A DNA stretch of 61,292 bases, the filler included, from Sphacelaria rigidula (taxonomy: Eukaryota), in NCBI GenBank assembly GCA_964200075.2. It is 9 parts of 9 records of this genome, joined end to end, with 100 filler letters (N's around TTAATTAATTAA, not from the genome) between each part and the next. Parts side by side here need not be neighbours in the genome. Positions count along the whole stretch, not along the records: positions 6,823 to 13,544 come from CAXNAA020018418.1; positions 13,645 to 20,366 come from CAXNAA020018419.1; positions 20,467 to 27,187 come from CAXNAA020018420.1; 6 more parts are not named here. One strand, given 5' to 3'. The number at the start of each line of letters is the position of its first letter. Position 1 is the stretch's first letter. Both the position numbers and the translations under genes were made by a program. The notes beneath the pieces were generated by a model. It did not search any database. It worked only from the letters and a program-made list of their open reading frames with translations, and was not told the origin of the DNA. Positions 13,065-24,009 of this stretch are shown piece after piece.

Positions 13065-13544
13065 CCCTTGGCAAAAAGCCATAGAGTACAGTAGAACTCA
13101 CACAGTGGGAGAATGTGAAGTATACAAGGAGGAACGGGACGTGTTAGAGGAGGAAATGTGGGGAGTAAACGAAGGTGGCATGAATTCGTGTTATGCATTA
13201 GACAGCAGCGAGAAAAAGATCGCTATACTATGATATATATGATGGTCACAGACGGCGAAACAGGAAGGGGACAAGATATGTAGGCAGGTTTTTGTGTAGC
13301 GTATGGATCAAACGTAATGAGCGCCCAAATGTTCGAGGTGCATTTATTAGGAGTAGAAACGGTGCTCCGTCTCGAAAAGGGTGCGTGGTTAATGGTCAAA
13401 CGACTAACGTAAGCAACAAAGGAGTACGCTTCCCCCCCCTTCCCCCTCCCCCATCGGAAGAAACGTAATGAGCTACTAATGAGCGCCAGAATGTTGGAGG
13501 TGTCTCTATTAGGAGTAGGAACGGTGCTCCGTCTCGAAAGGGAT
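13065..13544 (+). mobile_element. Non-LTR retrotransposon (LINE) 3' fragment, ORF2 C-terminus with tandemly repeated tail
   Basis: Translates ...KAIEYSRTHTVGECEVYKEERDVLEEEM..., resembling the C-terminal E-x-H-x4-C zinc motif of LINE ORF2. Tail GGTCAAACGACTAA-GCAAGCAACAAA recurs at 61145-61292. Confidence 0.6.
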
Positions 13545-16500
13545 NNNNNNNNNNNNNNNNNNNNNNNNNNNNNNNNNNNNNNNNNNNNTTAATTAATTAA
13601 NNNNNNNNNNNNNNNNNNNNNNNNNNNNNNNNNNNNNNNNNNNNAAAGTGAATGATCAAAGCCACTCTCAATCGTATCATCTACTCTCAATCTCACGAAA
13701 ACACTGTTAGCAATGGGTCTCCACGTACGATTAAACCGAGCATCTCGACCGCTAGCCAAGGGAATCTGCGTGGGCCATATATATGTGGAGAACTGTTCAG
13801 CGTACTTATCACAATGTAACTACGCAAAGCCCGATCGTCGGGGTTCTACCTCGAGACGGGACACGTAAAACAGACTGCGAAACATTCGTGCGACAGGGAA
13901 GGAATTATCGCTTGAGGGTTATAACTCCATGCATATATGGAGGACGCACGATGCCCACCAGATACAAAACGCCCGCCCGTCCGAGGAAAGCGCTCTGAGT
14001 GGCAACTTCAGTGACCTTGGTATCTTTTTCGGTTTCACAGTAGCTTTCCTACGCATATTGGGTGAAGCGGAATGCCTGTAACAACCATCACCGCCTCTTA
14101 TTCGACAGCATTAACCGTCGCCTCTTCCACGGGGTGGAGGAGGGTGTACCATGTTTATCCTTTGCCCGTCCTAAAGTTCCATTTCAAATGCATACCGAAG
14201 AACCACGAAAGTAGGATTAGTACGATGATAGCTGATATCTCTATATATGTTACGGTAAACATAAGTATACATGGCAACCATAAATCGCAAAAGATAAACC
14301 TGTGACTAATCGATACTGCGGGTTTTCTGAAACATACGGGATGATTGTCATCAAAAGATAGCATAAAGCTCTTCACTGAAAGCGAGCCTAAGCGTACATA
14401 TGCACCACTCGAGCGGTTCCCCAACGAAGTCAACAAAAGGGTTGAACACAATTTGCGATCCCAAGCGAACGAAGCCCAACGCGATGCTTCAGATAATACG
14501 AGTACGTTGCATACCTGAAGAAGAATCAAGAACGACGTTTGCTGCGAACTGCTTCTTGGTTAGACCCTTTATTTTGGCGAAGCGACGGGTCGAAACATCC
14601 CCGACAAACGTGGAGCGTGGCCGTGCGGTGATGGTTGCCATGGCGAATGGTCGCACGAAATTTCCATAGCGATCGATCGAGCGGGTGTTTGAAACGTACG
14701 CACGGGCAGGCACGGGTGGCGGGGTGCACGGAGGGGGATTGCCACGGGATTCGGAGCGCAAGAGGTAACAGCCTTACAGTCAGGGCACTTTTAGTTCTTC
14801 TCGATGTGACCGCTACAACCTCTTCTTGCCTTGGCCAAATACAGGAAAAAAATATTGTGCAGGCTTGTGTTTCGTCCATCTTACCGCGGGAACAGCCTGC
14901 GCGATCCCAACGCTTAGTAGAAGGCCCACCGCCCGTCCGCAGTTGATCTTGCTAGGAGACATCGCTATTGAGTTGGAGATGACGTACAAGCTTGTCGCTG
15001 CTGATGCCTGTCGGTGGAGAAACGTTGGTGGTAATAAGGAAGAACGCGCTGCAGTTGATGAGCAACGGAAGAGACAAGGCCCAATCAGTAGGGGTTGCAA
15101 ATTGAGCACAAACGTTTCTAGGGTAAGGAGCTACTAAAGCCAAGGGAGCTGAACAATACGGACACGGAGCTCCCCCCCCCTCCCCCTCCCCCTCCTCCCT
15201 CCCGGAGAGCATTTTTTCGAAAATTGTCGCGATTCCCTCATTTTATATGTTTTGCTGTTGCAAGATATTGATCAATAAACACTGACAAACACCGAAAAGT
15301 CCGGTGGGCTTTGCGGGGTTCGTATATTTGCTTCTGCTCCTTGCCCGCTCTGTCCCGACCTCAGATGCCGGCCACGCTTACACAGATGTATGTACACAAG
15401 CGTACGGTAGCGACAGACTGTAGTCAAAGGAACAACAATATCTCACACCTCGCCAAACTTGCCCCGATTACTGGTAGATACTAGAGCCACACGACACGGT
15501 TCATGGTCCCGTAATTGTTATCATGGTAAGTGTAAGCGTGGAAAGGGCGGTCTCCATGCCAAGGATCCCTGTACACACGGCACCTGACCGTATCCGCTAG
15601 GACCTCGGCAATAAACTAGGGGACAGCAGGCTGGGTGTCCGCTCAATCCCCTTACCTTCCCCTCCCTCTCCCTTCTCAAAAACTAAAGGTCTCGATCTCG
15701 GGGGCTGGGTGTCCCGATATCGTTTGCCCTCAGTCCCCTGGTTAGAACCTCAAAATTTTATTATTCATTCACGATATCCCTAGCCCATCGAAACGCATAT
15801 CGTGTGGTAGTGTACTACGGCTTCGTCTGTATTGTTGTATACATCTAACCACCAAACATATATGTTAAAGGGAGACTTTTCTAGGCGCGCACTCATTTAC
15901 CATGTTTTTTGTTCCCGCCCACCCGTTGCTAGTTTAGATCCGCAAGCTTATTCCCCGAACCGATTACTGGCGGACCCCACTACAACTACCCACACGAACG
16001 ATGCTTTCTATCATGGAAAGTTTCTCGTAGCACGACGGATGAGTTATTGTGTTATTATGGCGTGGCATGTTCTACACGCTCTCAGACATGAGTTTTTAGT
16101 GGTATGTTGTTGCATTTATTTAGCACGATGTGTCAGACAAGAGAACAAGCTCGGAAAAAGAAGTTTCCGCAACCACCACAGGATATTTGATTGCGGGCGC
16201 CGAGCCGCCCTGCGCCGCGTGCCCAGACGAGGACGCGCCCGGCCATCCCGCTCGGCCCCAGCCCNNNNNNNNGAAAAAAGAAGTTTCCGCACCCACCACA
16301 GGATATTTGATTGCGGGCGCCGCGCCCCCCCCCCCCCCCTCCCCCGGCCCCTACGCCCCCCGGCCCCTACCCGTGAAACGCACAAGTCACCAGCTTCATG
16401 AAAAAGTCTCGACCAAGTTATCGGAGGAACAGTTGGGCTGTCCGCCAAGACTTTGATCCGTTCGCCATGAAAGGGGACGAACATAAAACGGCGGAGATAC

Positions 16501-16726
16501 GGGCCTTGACACGTGCACGCCTGCCACACGGCCCGGACCTGAGCCACAAGCATGCGTCAACTTCTGGTCCCACTGGCCCAGGATAGACAACGCGCAGATC
16601 TTGCGTGGCGGGTGTTGATCAGTTGAGTACGACGTTCCCGGCTCGGGGAATATCGGTTCGAAATCGAAAAGACCCGGCTGTATAACACACACACACAACC
16701 AAGGGGTTCGTGAGCAAGGTTTTTGG

Positions 16727-16765
<39 letters not shown>

Positions 16766-17680
16766 TCGCCTTCGTCCATGAATAAGCCATGCTACGGTAG
16801 GGGTTGCACTTTTTCAGCGAAAACATTTTTTGGGTCTGCTCGGGGTGTTGCACGAGTCATTTTGAGGATCGGCACCATTTTTACTTGACTGAAAATGATG
16901 CCAATTCACGAAGAGGCCCCTGCGTACAAACACCATGTTGTTTCTGGAAGTCCCGTCCCCCAAGATTTGGGTTGCACAGTAAGCCCTATATATTTGGGCT
17001 CCTACAAAAAAGAGACCCAGAAACCAAAAGTAAAACCCCTAGCGTAGCATTGCTCAAATACCCGATGGAATGCGCGGCGAAATAAAACTAATGACATATC
17101 ACTGACGAGCTCTAAGGGCGTGAAGCGCCTTGCTGGGTGGGGGGCTGCGTGCGTTCGTTCGAGCTCGGTCGTTGCGGAGGTGTAAGGAACGGGCTTCGAT
17201 CGCCGCAGTCTTGAGGCCTGTTGAAAATTTCAGACCTGTTCGATGCGCTGTGTCCAATGCCGAAAGAAAACCCGCCCTTCACAAAAGTCCGCCTGTATTA
17301 TTATTCTCGTTGGGACCTAAACTGATCGTGGTGGACCGGGGAAATTTGTTCGGGCTTCTTGTGTGTTTCTACGAGTATATTGTTTCGGTAAGACAAGGCC
17401 TTGATTAGCATCTGTTCTCCAAGAAAGTATGGAGTGGGAAATATCGTGCGTCCCTGCTGCAGCAAAATTAGATTTTCACAGCTCGCTACGTTTTAGGGTG
17501 TTGGTCTGTGCTACCCCCCCCCTCTAAATGTTCGTCCTGTAAATACTTTTTCCCCACAAAACGTTGGATGCTACTGCTTTGCTCCACGACGTAGCCCAAG
17601 TTAGGATCGGTGCGTTCAGTGTTTCATATATATACCAAGAACGTTTTTCTCTCAGTAGATATACGCATATAAAGTATGTA

Positions 17681-17933
17681 TGAGTCATGCTACGATAGGG
17701 GGGGGGGGTATTTTGGGCCGCTTTCTTCCACGAAATTATACTTGCAATCGTCGTTGATAGCAGCAACGGTAGTTCAAACGCGCTTGCTTCCGATTTATAA
17801 CGCTCATTCATACTGTTCGACATCGCTTTTACCCGAATACAAGCGCATCGCGAGTGTGTGGGGTCATCTGACGCACCTGTGAGCCAATTTTTTCGTGGAA
17901 TCGAACACCCCCCACCTATCGTAGCATGACTCG
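17681..17933. mobile_element. TA-flanked MITE (Tc1/mariner-like)
   Basis: TIR GAGTCATGCTACGATAGG / CCTATCGTAGCATGACTC with TA on both sides. Homologous copy at about 51938-52193. Confidence 0.75.
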
Positions 17934-18344
17934 TATCATGACACGCACGTTGCGATATCATGTGTTCAATACGTGCTCACGCAGAGGCGTATTCTCACCC
18001 TTTCGGTTGCTCGGTTATTCTCGCTCGATGCGCTCTTTCTTGATGACCGATCGGAAAAGTAGGTGGCAATCCAGAACAGAGGGTAGAAGTAGAGTAATGA
18101 ACCATGTGGGGGGCTGATACATGCTCAACTCGTCAAGCATGATTCATAACGAGGCATTATTACCTGCATGGGGGCTAATATCTTGTTTCTAGATACTATG
18201 ATGAGTCCGCCACAGCTATATCCAAAGGGTCATGACATGTGGCTCACAACTCTTCGGCTGCCAATTCGCGTGCTGAGCTACCCGGTACTCTAAGTGAGGC
18301 GGGAGCACACTCTCCGTGGACGCAGGTGAAGTTCTGCCTCGTCC

Positions 18345-18571
18345 CCGTGTACAGGACAATCCATATCAAACTGTCACGAAAACAAATGGCTGGTGTTTGA
18401 GTTTTGGCTGCATGAAGCTCCTCGTACGGGCAACATTGGCGAGAACGAACCCAAGCGTGAGAATTCCCAGCTGCTCGATGTGCTCGGCTTTTTCCATTTC
18501 GATTTACGTGGAGATCTTGCCTCTCCAAACCAGGCACTTTTTTTGGGGGGGGGGGGCTATCGTAGAAAGTG
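18345..18571 (-). mobile_element. Dispersed MITE-like repeat (copies at about 38205-38443 and 39198-39420)
   Basis: Shared core AAAAAGCCGAGCACAACGAGCAGCTG...CGCTTGGGTTCGTTTTCGCCAATG and terminal ACTTTCTACGATAGCCCCC. Confidence 0.7.
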
Positions 18572-18575
18572 CACA

Positions 18576-18780
18576 TGTGTCTGTGTGTGTTGTCGTCCCA
18601 TCTGTTATGGACGACGGTCTACACCTTTCGGTATATGTGGGCGCAGCAGCAGGGGTCACACAGGAGGAAGGTCAACACAGGAGCTTTTCTTCTGTTTAAT
18701 ACCCCACCTGTCTTCTACGGTGCTTACCTTTATTTTTTATCGCGATAAGGGTTGAGCAGCCCCTTTCCCTTGTCGATCGT
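18576..18780 (-). mobile_element. SINE family 1, 3' part
   Basis: GGGGTCACACAGGAGGAAGG...CCTTTCCCTTGTCGA is collinear with 8730-8945. Confidence 0.75.
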
Positions 18781-18783
18781 TAA

Positions 18784-18880
18784 CCCTTAGACCGCGAGAT
18801 TAATCTTTCTGGATCATGCATACTTTTTTTCACTTGAAATTGATGCCGATTCAACAGAAGACTAACCTCGCGGTTCAAGG
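18784..18880. mobile_element. piggyBac-like short MITE
   Basis: TTAA|CCCTTAGACCGCGAG ... CTCGCGGTTCAAGGG|TCAA. Related copy at about 53176-53276 ends in GGG|TTAA. Confidence 0.6.
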
Positions 18881-20004
18881 GTCAAGTCGAAGTGCGACCA
18901 TTATTCCAAATGCTAATATACATACTATGAGAGAGTTTCGATTATCGGCTTACTCGCTGTTTCTACTCTCTGCACACACCAGTTCGTGGCAAGGTAGTCG
19001 GAGAGGTCACACGCGGGAACTTTTTAGATTCTAGCAGGTCTCCTGCAGTTCAATCGGCTTCATTATATGGCTCTTTCGTAGTGGAGGTGCCCTTTTCATG
19101 CAGATGTTTCGTTTCCCGCCTTCCTCTGCGGGTTGTTCAAGTCATGGGTATGTGGGTGATATGATCCTTGCACTCTGTGACCACGGGTTCGAGAGGTCGA
19201 GCTATTAAACATATCGATCATCAATCATCATCAAATAATGTATTATAATTGCATACGCGCTCATGCACAGTAGGGACGAACTTTTCGAAAAACTGCTATT
19301 TATGCTATCAGCGTGATGTTCGTCCGTCCCATATTTGATCAGATGTGGAGTGAAGCCTTGTTTCGTTCATTTTTCAGTTTAAAAATGGGCGCATCCTCTT
19401 ACTACTGCAGGTGCTCTTTGTGCTCACACGCTCCAACTGCAGGTGCCTTGTCTGCTCACAACCTCGGACTGCAATTGCTCTGTCTGCAGTCCTAAATAAA
19501 GTACGATACTGTACAGCAGAACACCCCGCCTATACTGTTCTATGCCGTTCAGATTTAGAGTCAGAGTGCTACATATATACTACTGCATATCCTGCACTTG
19601 ACAAATTTCGAAGCCTTCTACCCTAGGGACGTGGGTTCGAATCGTAGTGAACTCACACGATCTGGGATTTTCACACCCCGGACAGATTTATATTGTCAAG
19701 AACGCGTACAGTACTGAGTACTGTATAACCTATATTGCCTATTGCAATAGAGGAAATAATAGTCGACACTGTACGCAGTATATTTTTGACATTGCAATCC
19801 CCACTGTCCACAGTGTGGATTCTCTCCCACCATGCCCATCAGTGGACAGCGACCACATGGCACAAAATTCGACATCACGGTCGACGAGGGTTAGGGGTTG
19901 CTCAAGCCTTCTCGCGAATAATTAAAGGGAAGAGGAGGCAAGCGCCGTAGAAGGAAGACGGTGTTCCAAAAACATAACAAAAATATGGTCTTCCTCGTGT
20001 GTAT

Positions 20005-20240
20005 CCAGTTGCCCCCGGTAGCTTAGTTGGTAACCTCGAATCCCTCTGACGGTTGGGTCGTGGGTTCGAACCTCGATGGAGTCACACGAACTGGGATTTT
20101 TCTTGCACCATGACCACCAGTGGAGAGCGCGATATGTCTCGACTTCATGGTCGTCGAGGGGAACAAGGGACTGCTGAACTCTTCTGGCGAGAAAAATAAA
20201 TGGACAAGCACCGCAGAAAGACCTTAAGGTGGAGTAGTAC
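20005..20240 (+). mobile_element. SINE family 1, 5' part with tRNA-like head
   Basis: A-box TAGCTTAGTTGG and B-box GGTTCGAACC. Body homologous to the reverse complement of 8860-9090. Confidence 0.75.
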
Positions 20241-20782
20241 TATTATACTGTTGCTTGGTGTCCGCTGTACAGAGTGTACAGTCCGCACAGCAGAGCAATG
20301 CTACGGTAGGGGTGCACTTTTTTCGCGAAATTTTGTCTGGTTCAGGGGCTCCTAACGTTCTAGACGNNNNNNNNNNNNNNNNNNNNNNNNNNNNNNNNNN
20401 NNNNNNNNNNTTAATTAATTAANNNNNNNNNNNNNNNNNNNNNNNNNNNNNNNNNNNNNNNNNNNNCCAACTCTAAATGTATAAAAGAGCATGGGCCTGC
20501 AAACTTCAAATCCGCCTCTAGGCTGGCCCAGCTCGTAGGGTTGAAAAACCCTGGGACTGAACGCGGTTTACACGAAGGATCGCCGCGTTACCATATCTCT
20601 CTTCCCGAGTAATCGGCGTCTTGGTGTAGCCGTCGATATTGATAACCGTTCTGCCGGGTTAGACTACGTGGAGCATTTCAATACCGCGCAGGAACGATTC
20701 TATCCCGCCCGGGGGGGGGGGTCCGCTGCCTTGCTGACCGCTCTGCCGGGTTAGACCACGTAAGGAGTTCGAAAACCGTTCA

Positions 20783-21395
20783 TCAATTCGACCCCGGAAC
20801 TGCTCCGGTATCCTGCCCATTCACCGCATATTTTTGCACCTCTAACTGCGTCATCTCTTCCCAATCCCCATCCTCATACTTGATACGATAATACGGCTGA
20901 CGGGAATCGAACACTACCCCGTCGAACTCCTGCTGCTCACCTTGGCTGTCCACAAACCGTTTACGGATTTTGGTCCCTCGGGGAATCTGTCGCAAAGCTT
21001 CATCCCGAGCAATAGAGTCTCTTTCTGCTCGAGATGGCGTAACAGATGGGCGTGGTTTGGCTTGCGGGTGATATAGTTCCCACAAGGCATGAAACACGTC
21101 CAGCTGCAACCCAGTGAAACTGTCCAAAACATCCTCCTCAGAAAGCCAGTGGGATTCGGCTCCGTCATGAAATAACCCCCGATAGGCCAAATAAATAAAT
21201 AAAGGCCCACTCCCATGACGATCCTGATCCTAGCGCCACCTTCCTATCTGTCAATGTGTACAGTTGCGGGACGGACTTGATCTCCTCAGCCAACCCCAAA
21301 TCAGCCCCCCATGCTAACTCAGAGTACTCGTTCGACAAGGGATGTCGCAGATGTTCAGGGCGCACATGAAATTTCTTCACATTGGCTGCCGACAC
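20783..21395 (-). pseudogene. Integrase C-terminal extension: chromo-like domain (about 21110-21265) and Tudor-like domain (about 20825-20990)
   Basis: LYTLTDRKVALGSGSSWEWA/YRGLFHDGAESHWLSEEDVL fits a chromo-like pattern once a 19-bp insertion is removed. GTKIRKRF...EFDGVVFDSRQPYYRIKYEDGDWEEMT fits the Tudor-like Y-x-I-x-YEDGD-x-E pattern. Confidence 0.7.
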
Positions 21396-21401
21396 CGTCC
21401 G

Positions 21402-22499
21402 TTATCGTACCTTGCGCCCCTCCATGCTGACCTTAAGGCTTAGACCGGGTATCACCACTTGCTGTACCGTCCATGGTCCCGTCCACAAGTCGTGCACTAG
21501 TTTAGTCGGCACATCTTCGTGTACAAGGTTGCCGTCGGACTCTTTCACTAGCATCGGATCCCCTACCTGAGCTCGCGACCGCGCCGACTGGCGAATCAGC
21601 TCGGCATTTCTAGCCGATCTTACCTCTTCCCTTTGCTTGTGGCGTTGGGTCAACAGCTCGTGAACCTCCTTCAGGCTCTGGCGCTGTTGTTCCACCGTGT
21701 TGTTCAACGGTGGAGACTCCGCTTCAGGTGACACAGCGTCTATTTGGGTGCGTGGCTCGCACCCAAAAAGCAGCTTAAATGGAGTCGGGTTATTAGGCAA
21801 TGCCGGGTCGGGAGTAGTACGGTGAATCCATACAGCGGGGTCTATGTACTCATCCCACCTTTCCGGCCACTGCTTATAGAGCTCGGCTAAAAGGTCGTGC
21901 AACCATCCCCCGTACCTCTCCACCGCCCCCTGACCGCGAGGGTGCTCTGCCGGACCATGATCCAGCTTCACCTTCATCCACTGGCATACATGGTTCACTA
22001 CCTCCGACGTGAACTCCCCCCCAGCGTCACTCCTTAGAAAGTAGGGTACCCCGAACGTCAAGAAGAGCTTCAGCAGACATTTCGCTACGGGTACCGTGAG
22101 CTTGGCAGCCAATGGGGAAGCAAAGAGAAACTTGGTTGCTCGATCCACTATGATCAACGAATACCTGTTACCCGAGGCGGAAACCTGCTTCATGTCCGAT
22201 ATATCCATCTCTAACACGTCCCATGCCCGCAGGAATCGGGCGGGCCGCATCGCTAGGGTGTGACTGTTGGTACACTTGCGTCGGCGACATCCACAAGACA
22301 ACACGTATTTGCGAGTATCGGCGGAAAGACCAGGCCATTCGTACCGTGCGTTAACTACTGCGGTCGTCCTCTTTACTCCGGCGCGCCCGTGCGTAGTGTG
22401 CACCCACGCCAGCAGACCTGGCACTAGGCTGCGTGGGATAGCTAACTCGGCTGGCTCCTTAGGGGAGGTGTACCATAGAAGATTATTCTCATCTAGCAC
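21402..22499 (-). pseudogene. Gypsy integrase (H2C2 zinc-binding region + rve DDE core)
   Basis: HTTHGRAGVKRT...SCGC (degenerate HHCC); catalytic residues in LEMDISD, LRSDAGGEF and GAVER; TPFKLLFG and WTGPWTV motifs. Confidence 0.92.
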
Positions 22500-22849
22500 G
22501 TACCCATCCCGTCTCTTGCCAGCTACTTCATCCGTAGGCCCCTCTTTTAACCTCCAAGACAGAAGTCTCGCTCTTGTAATAAAACGAGTTGCAGTTTGTC
22601 CACCAGGATCGCCCTCGTTTGTTCGAGAACGGTTCTAGGGTTACCTTTACTTGGTATTGGCTCTTCAGCTGAAGCCTCCCCCCCACCCGAGTCCTGGTCC
22701 GACCTATGTTCTGCTTCGGGAACCGACGAGCAAGTTACGGCGGCTCCCCAAGTTTCCAGCAACTCTGCATCCTCATGCGGCCATATAGCCGCAAGCGCAC
22801 TCAGACCTACGTCCTCACTCCGAATCTGAGTCAAACTCAACAAACCTTC

Positions 22850-23750
22850 CGCTTCCAAGCTTGATACAACCCCCCCCCCATCATCCACGGATAAACGAAA
22901 CAAGCCACAATATCTGGCATAGCGTCGGGGTCTACCGTGGGTGGGGTCTCGTAGTGGTCGAGGGTGGTCGCGATTTTCACGAAGTCGACTCTTTCCAGCT
23001 CTACTGCTCCCTCCTATACCCCTGCGTTCGCCCTGTGGGGTGTGAATTCCTCGCGCCGAGGTTTCCCTCTCGTCAGCCGAGGACGAGTTAACCTGGGCAT
23101 CGGATCCTCGAAACTGTGAAAAGCCTTGCCTCGCCCTGTCGGCTCCATGAAGTATGTGCCAGTTCGCCCCAATAGCTGACTCAACGGGGGGCAGGTAACA
23201 GCTTACGCTTCCATTAGCTGCCTCCACGCGCACAGTGGTTCTTCTCCCTGCCGACCAGCCTTCAAAGCGACCACATAGGTCCGTCTCTTCCGGTACGGGG
23301 CGCCCACCTGCACGGCGGAGATGGATGCCTGCTCGATGCAGCAGCCGGCTCCGCTCAGCAACGGAGCCACGCTCTCCTTCCAACCCGGAGAGTGCACCAT
23401 TACACCTGTAATCTCCTAGATCAGAGTTGTCGCCGAGACTGAGCAGAGGAACGACTCGACCAATTCTCGGACACCATCTGCGGATTCCGATTCCCCCGCA
23501 CTTTCATCCACGGAGGCAACCCTACTCGTATCTCCCACCAGCACTTCTGGTTGCACCTCCTCCACGAAGTTGTAGAAAGAAGGCGCCCTGGAGTCGTACG
23601 TACAAGCTTGAATCCCTTTCCAATTCGGTTTATTCTGACACAATCCAACGCCTTCCAATCTGCATCGGTGGCTGCTACCACTTCCAAGAACTTCTCCGCG
23701 GCCAGAACGCTTCCCCCGCCTCCGCAATGGACAGTCAAAGCGGGGGGTCG
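22850..23750 (-). pseudogene. C5 cytosine DNA methyltransferase-like domain inside pol (degenerate active site)
   Basis: Collinear motifs after one frameshift near 23588 and reading through three stops: I ALTVHCGGGG; II/III VVAATDADWKALDCVRIN; IV PEVLVGDTSR; VI LI*EITGV; VIII ISAVQVGAPYRKRRTYVVA; TRD-like HSFEDPMPRL; IX AVELERVDFVKIATTLDHYETP; X DIVACFVYPWMM. Confidence 0.78.
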
Positions 23751-24009
23751 TTGGTTAACCGGTCCGGTCACAGGGTTCTCGGAGTCAATAGTAACCCCGT
23801 CCCCCGTTCCCGGTGGATACAACGCGCTGACCTCCTCCAACGCCAATGCCATCACGTCTGCGGATTCTTTCGGACACTCAGCTTCCAGTTCCTTCGGTAA
23901 CATCCCGTCCTGTTTGGGTCCTTGCGGTCCTCCCCCTCCGCCTGGTCCAGCTTCGGTATCATCGTCAGGGACTGACACGTCAATGTCACTGCCCCTGGGT
24001 TGGCTCACT

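Noticed and set aside
16152..16325. Direct repeat around a short N-run
   Set aside because: Most likely a scaffolding overlap artefact.
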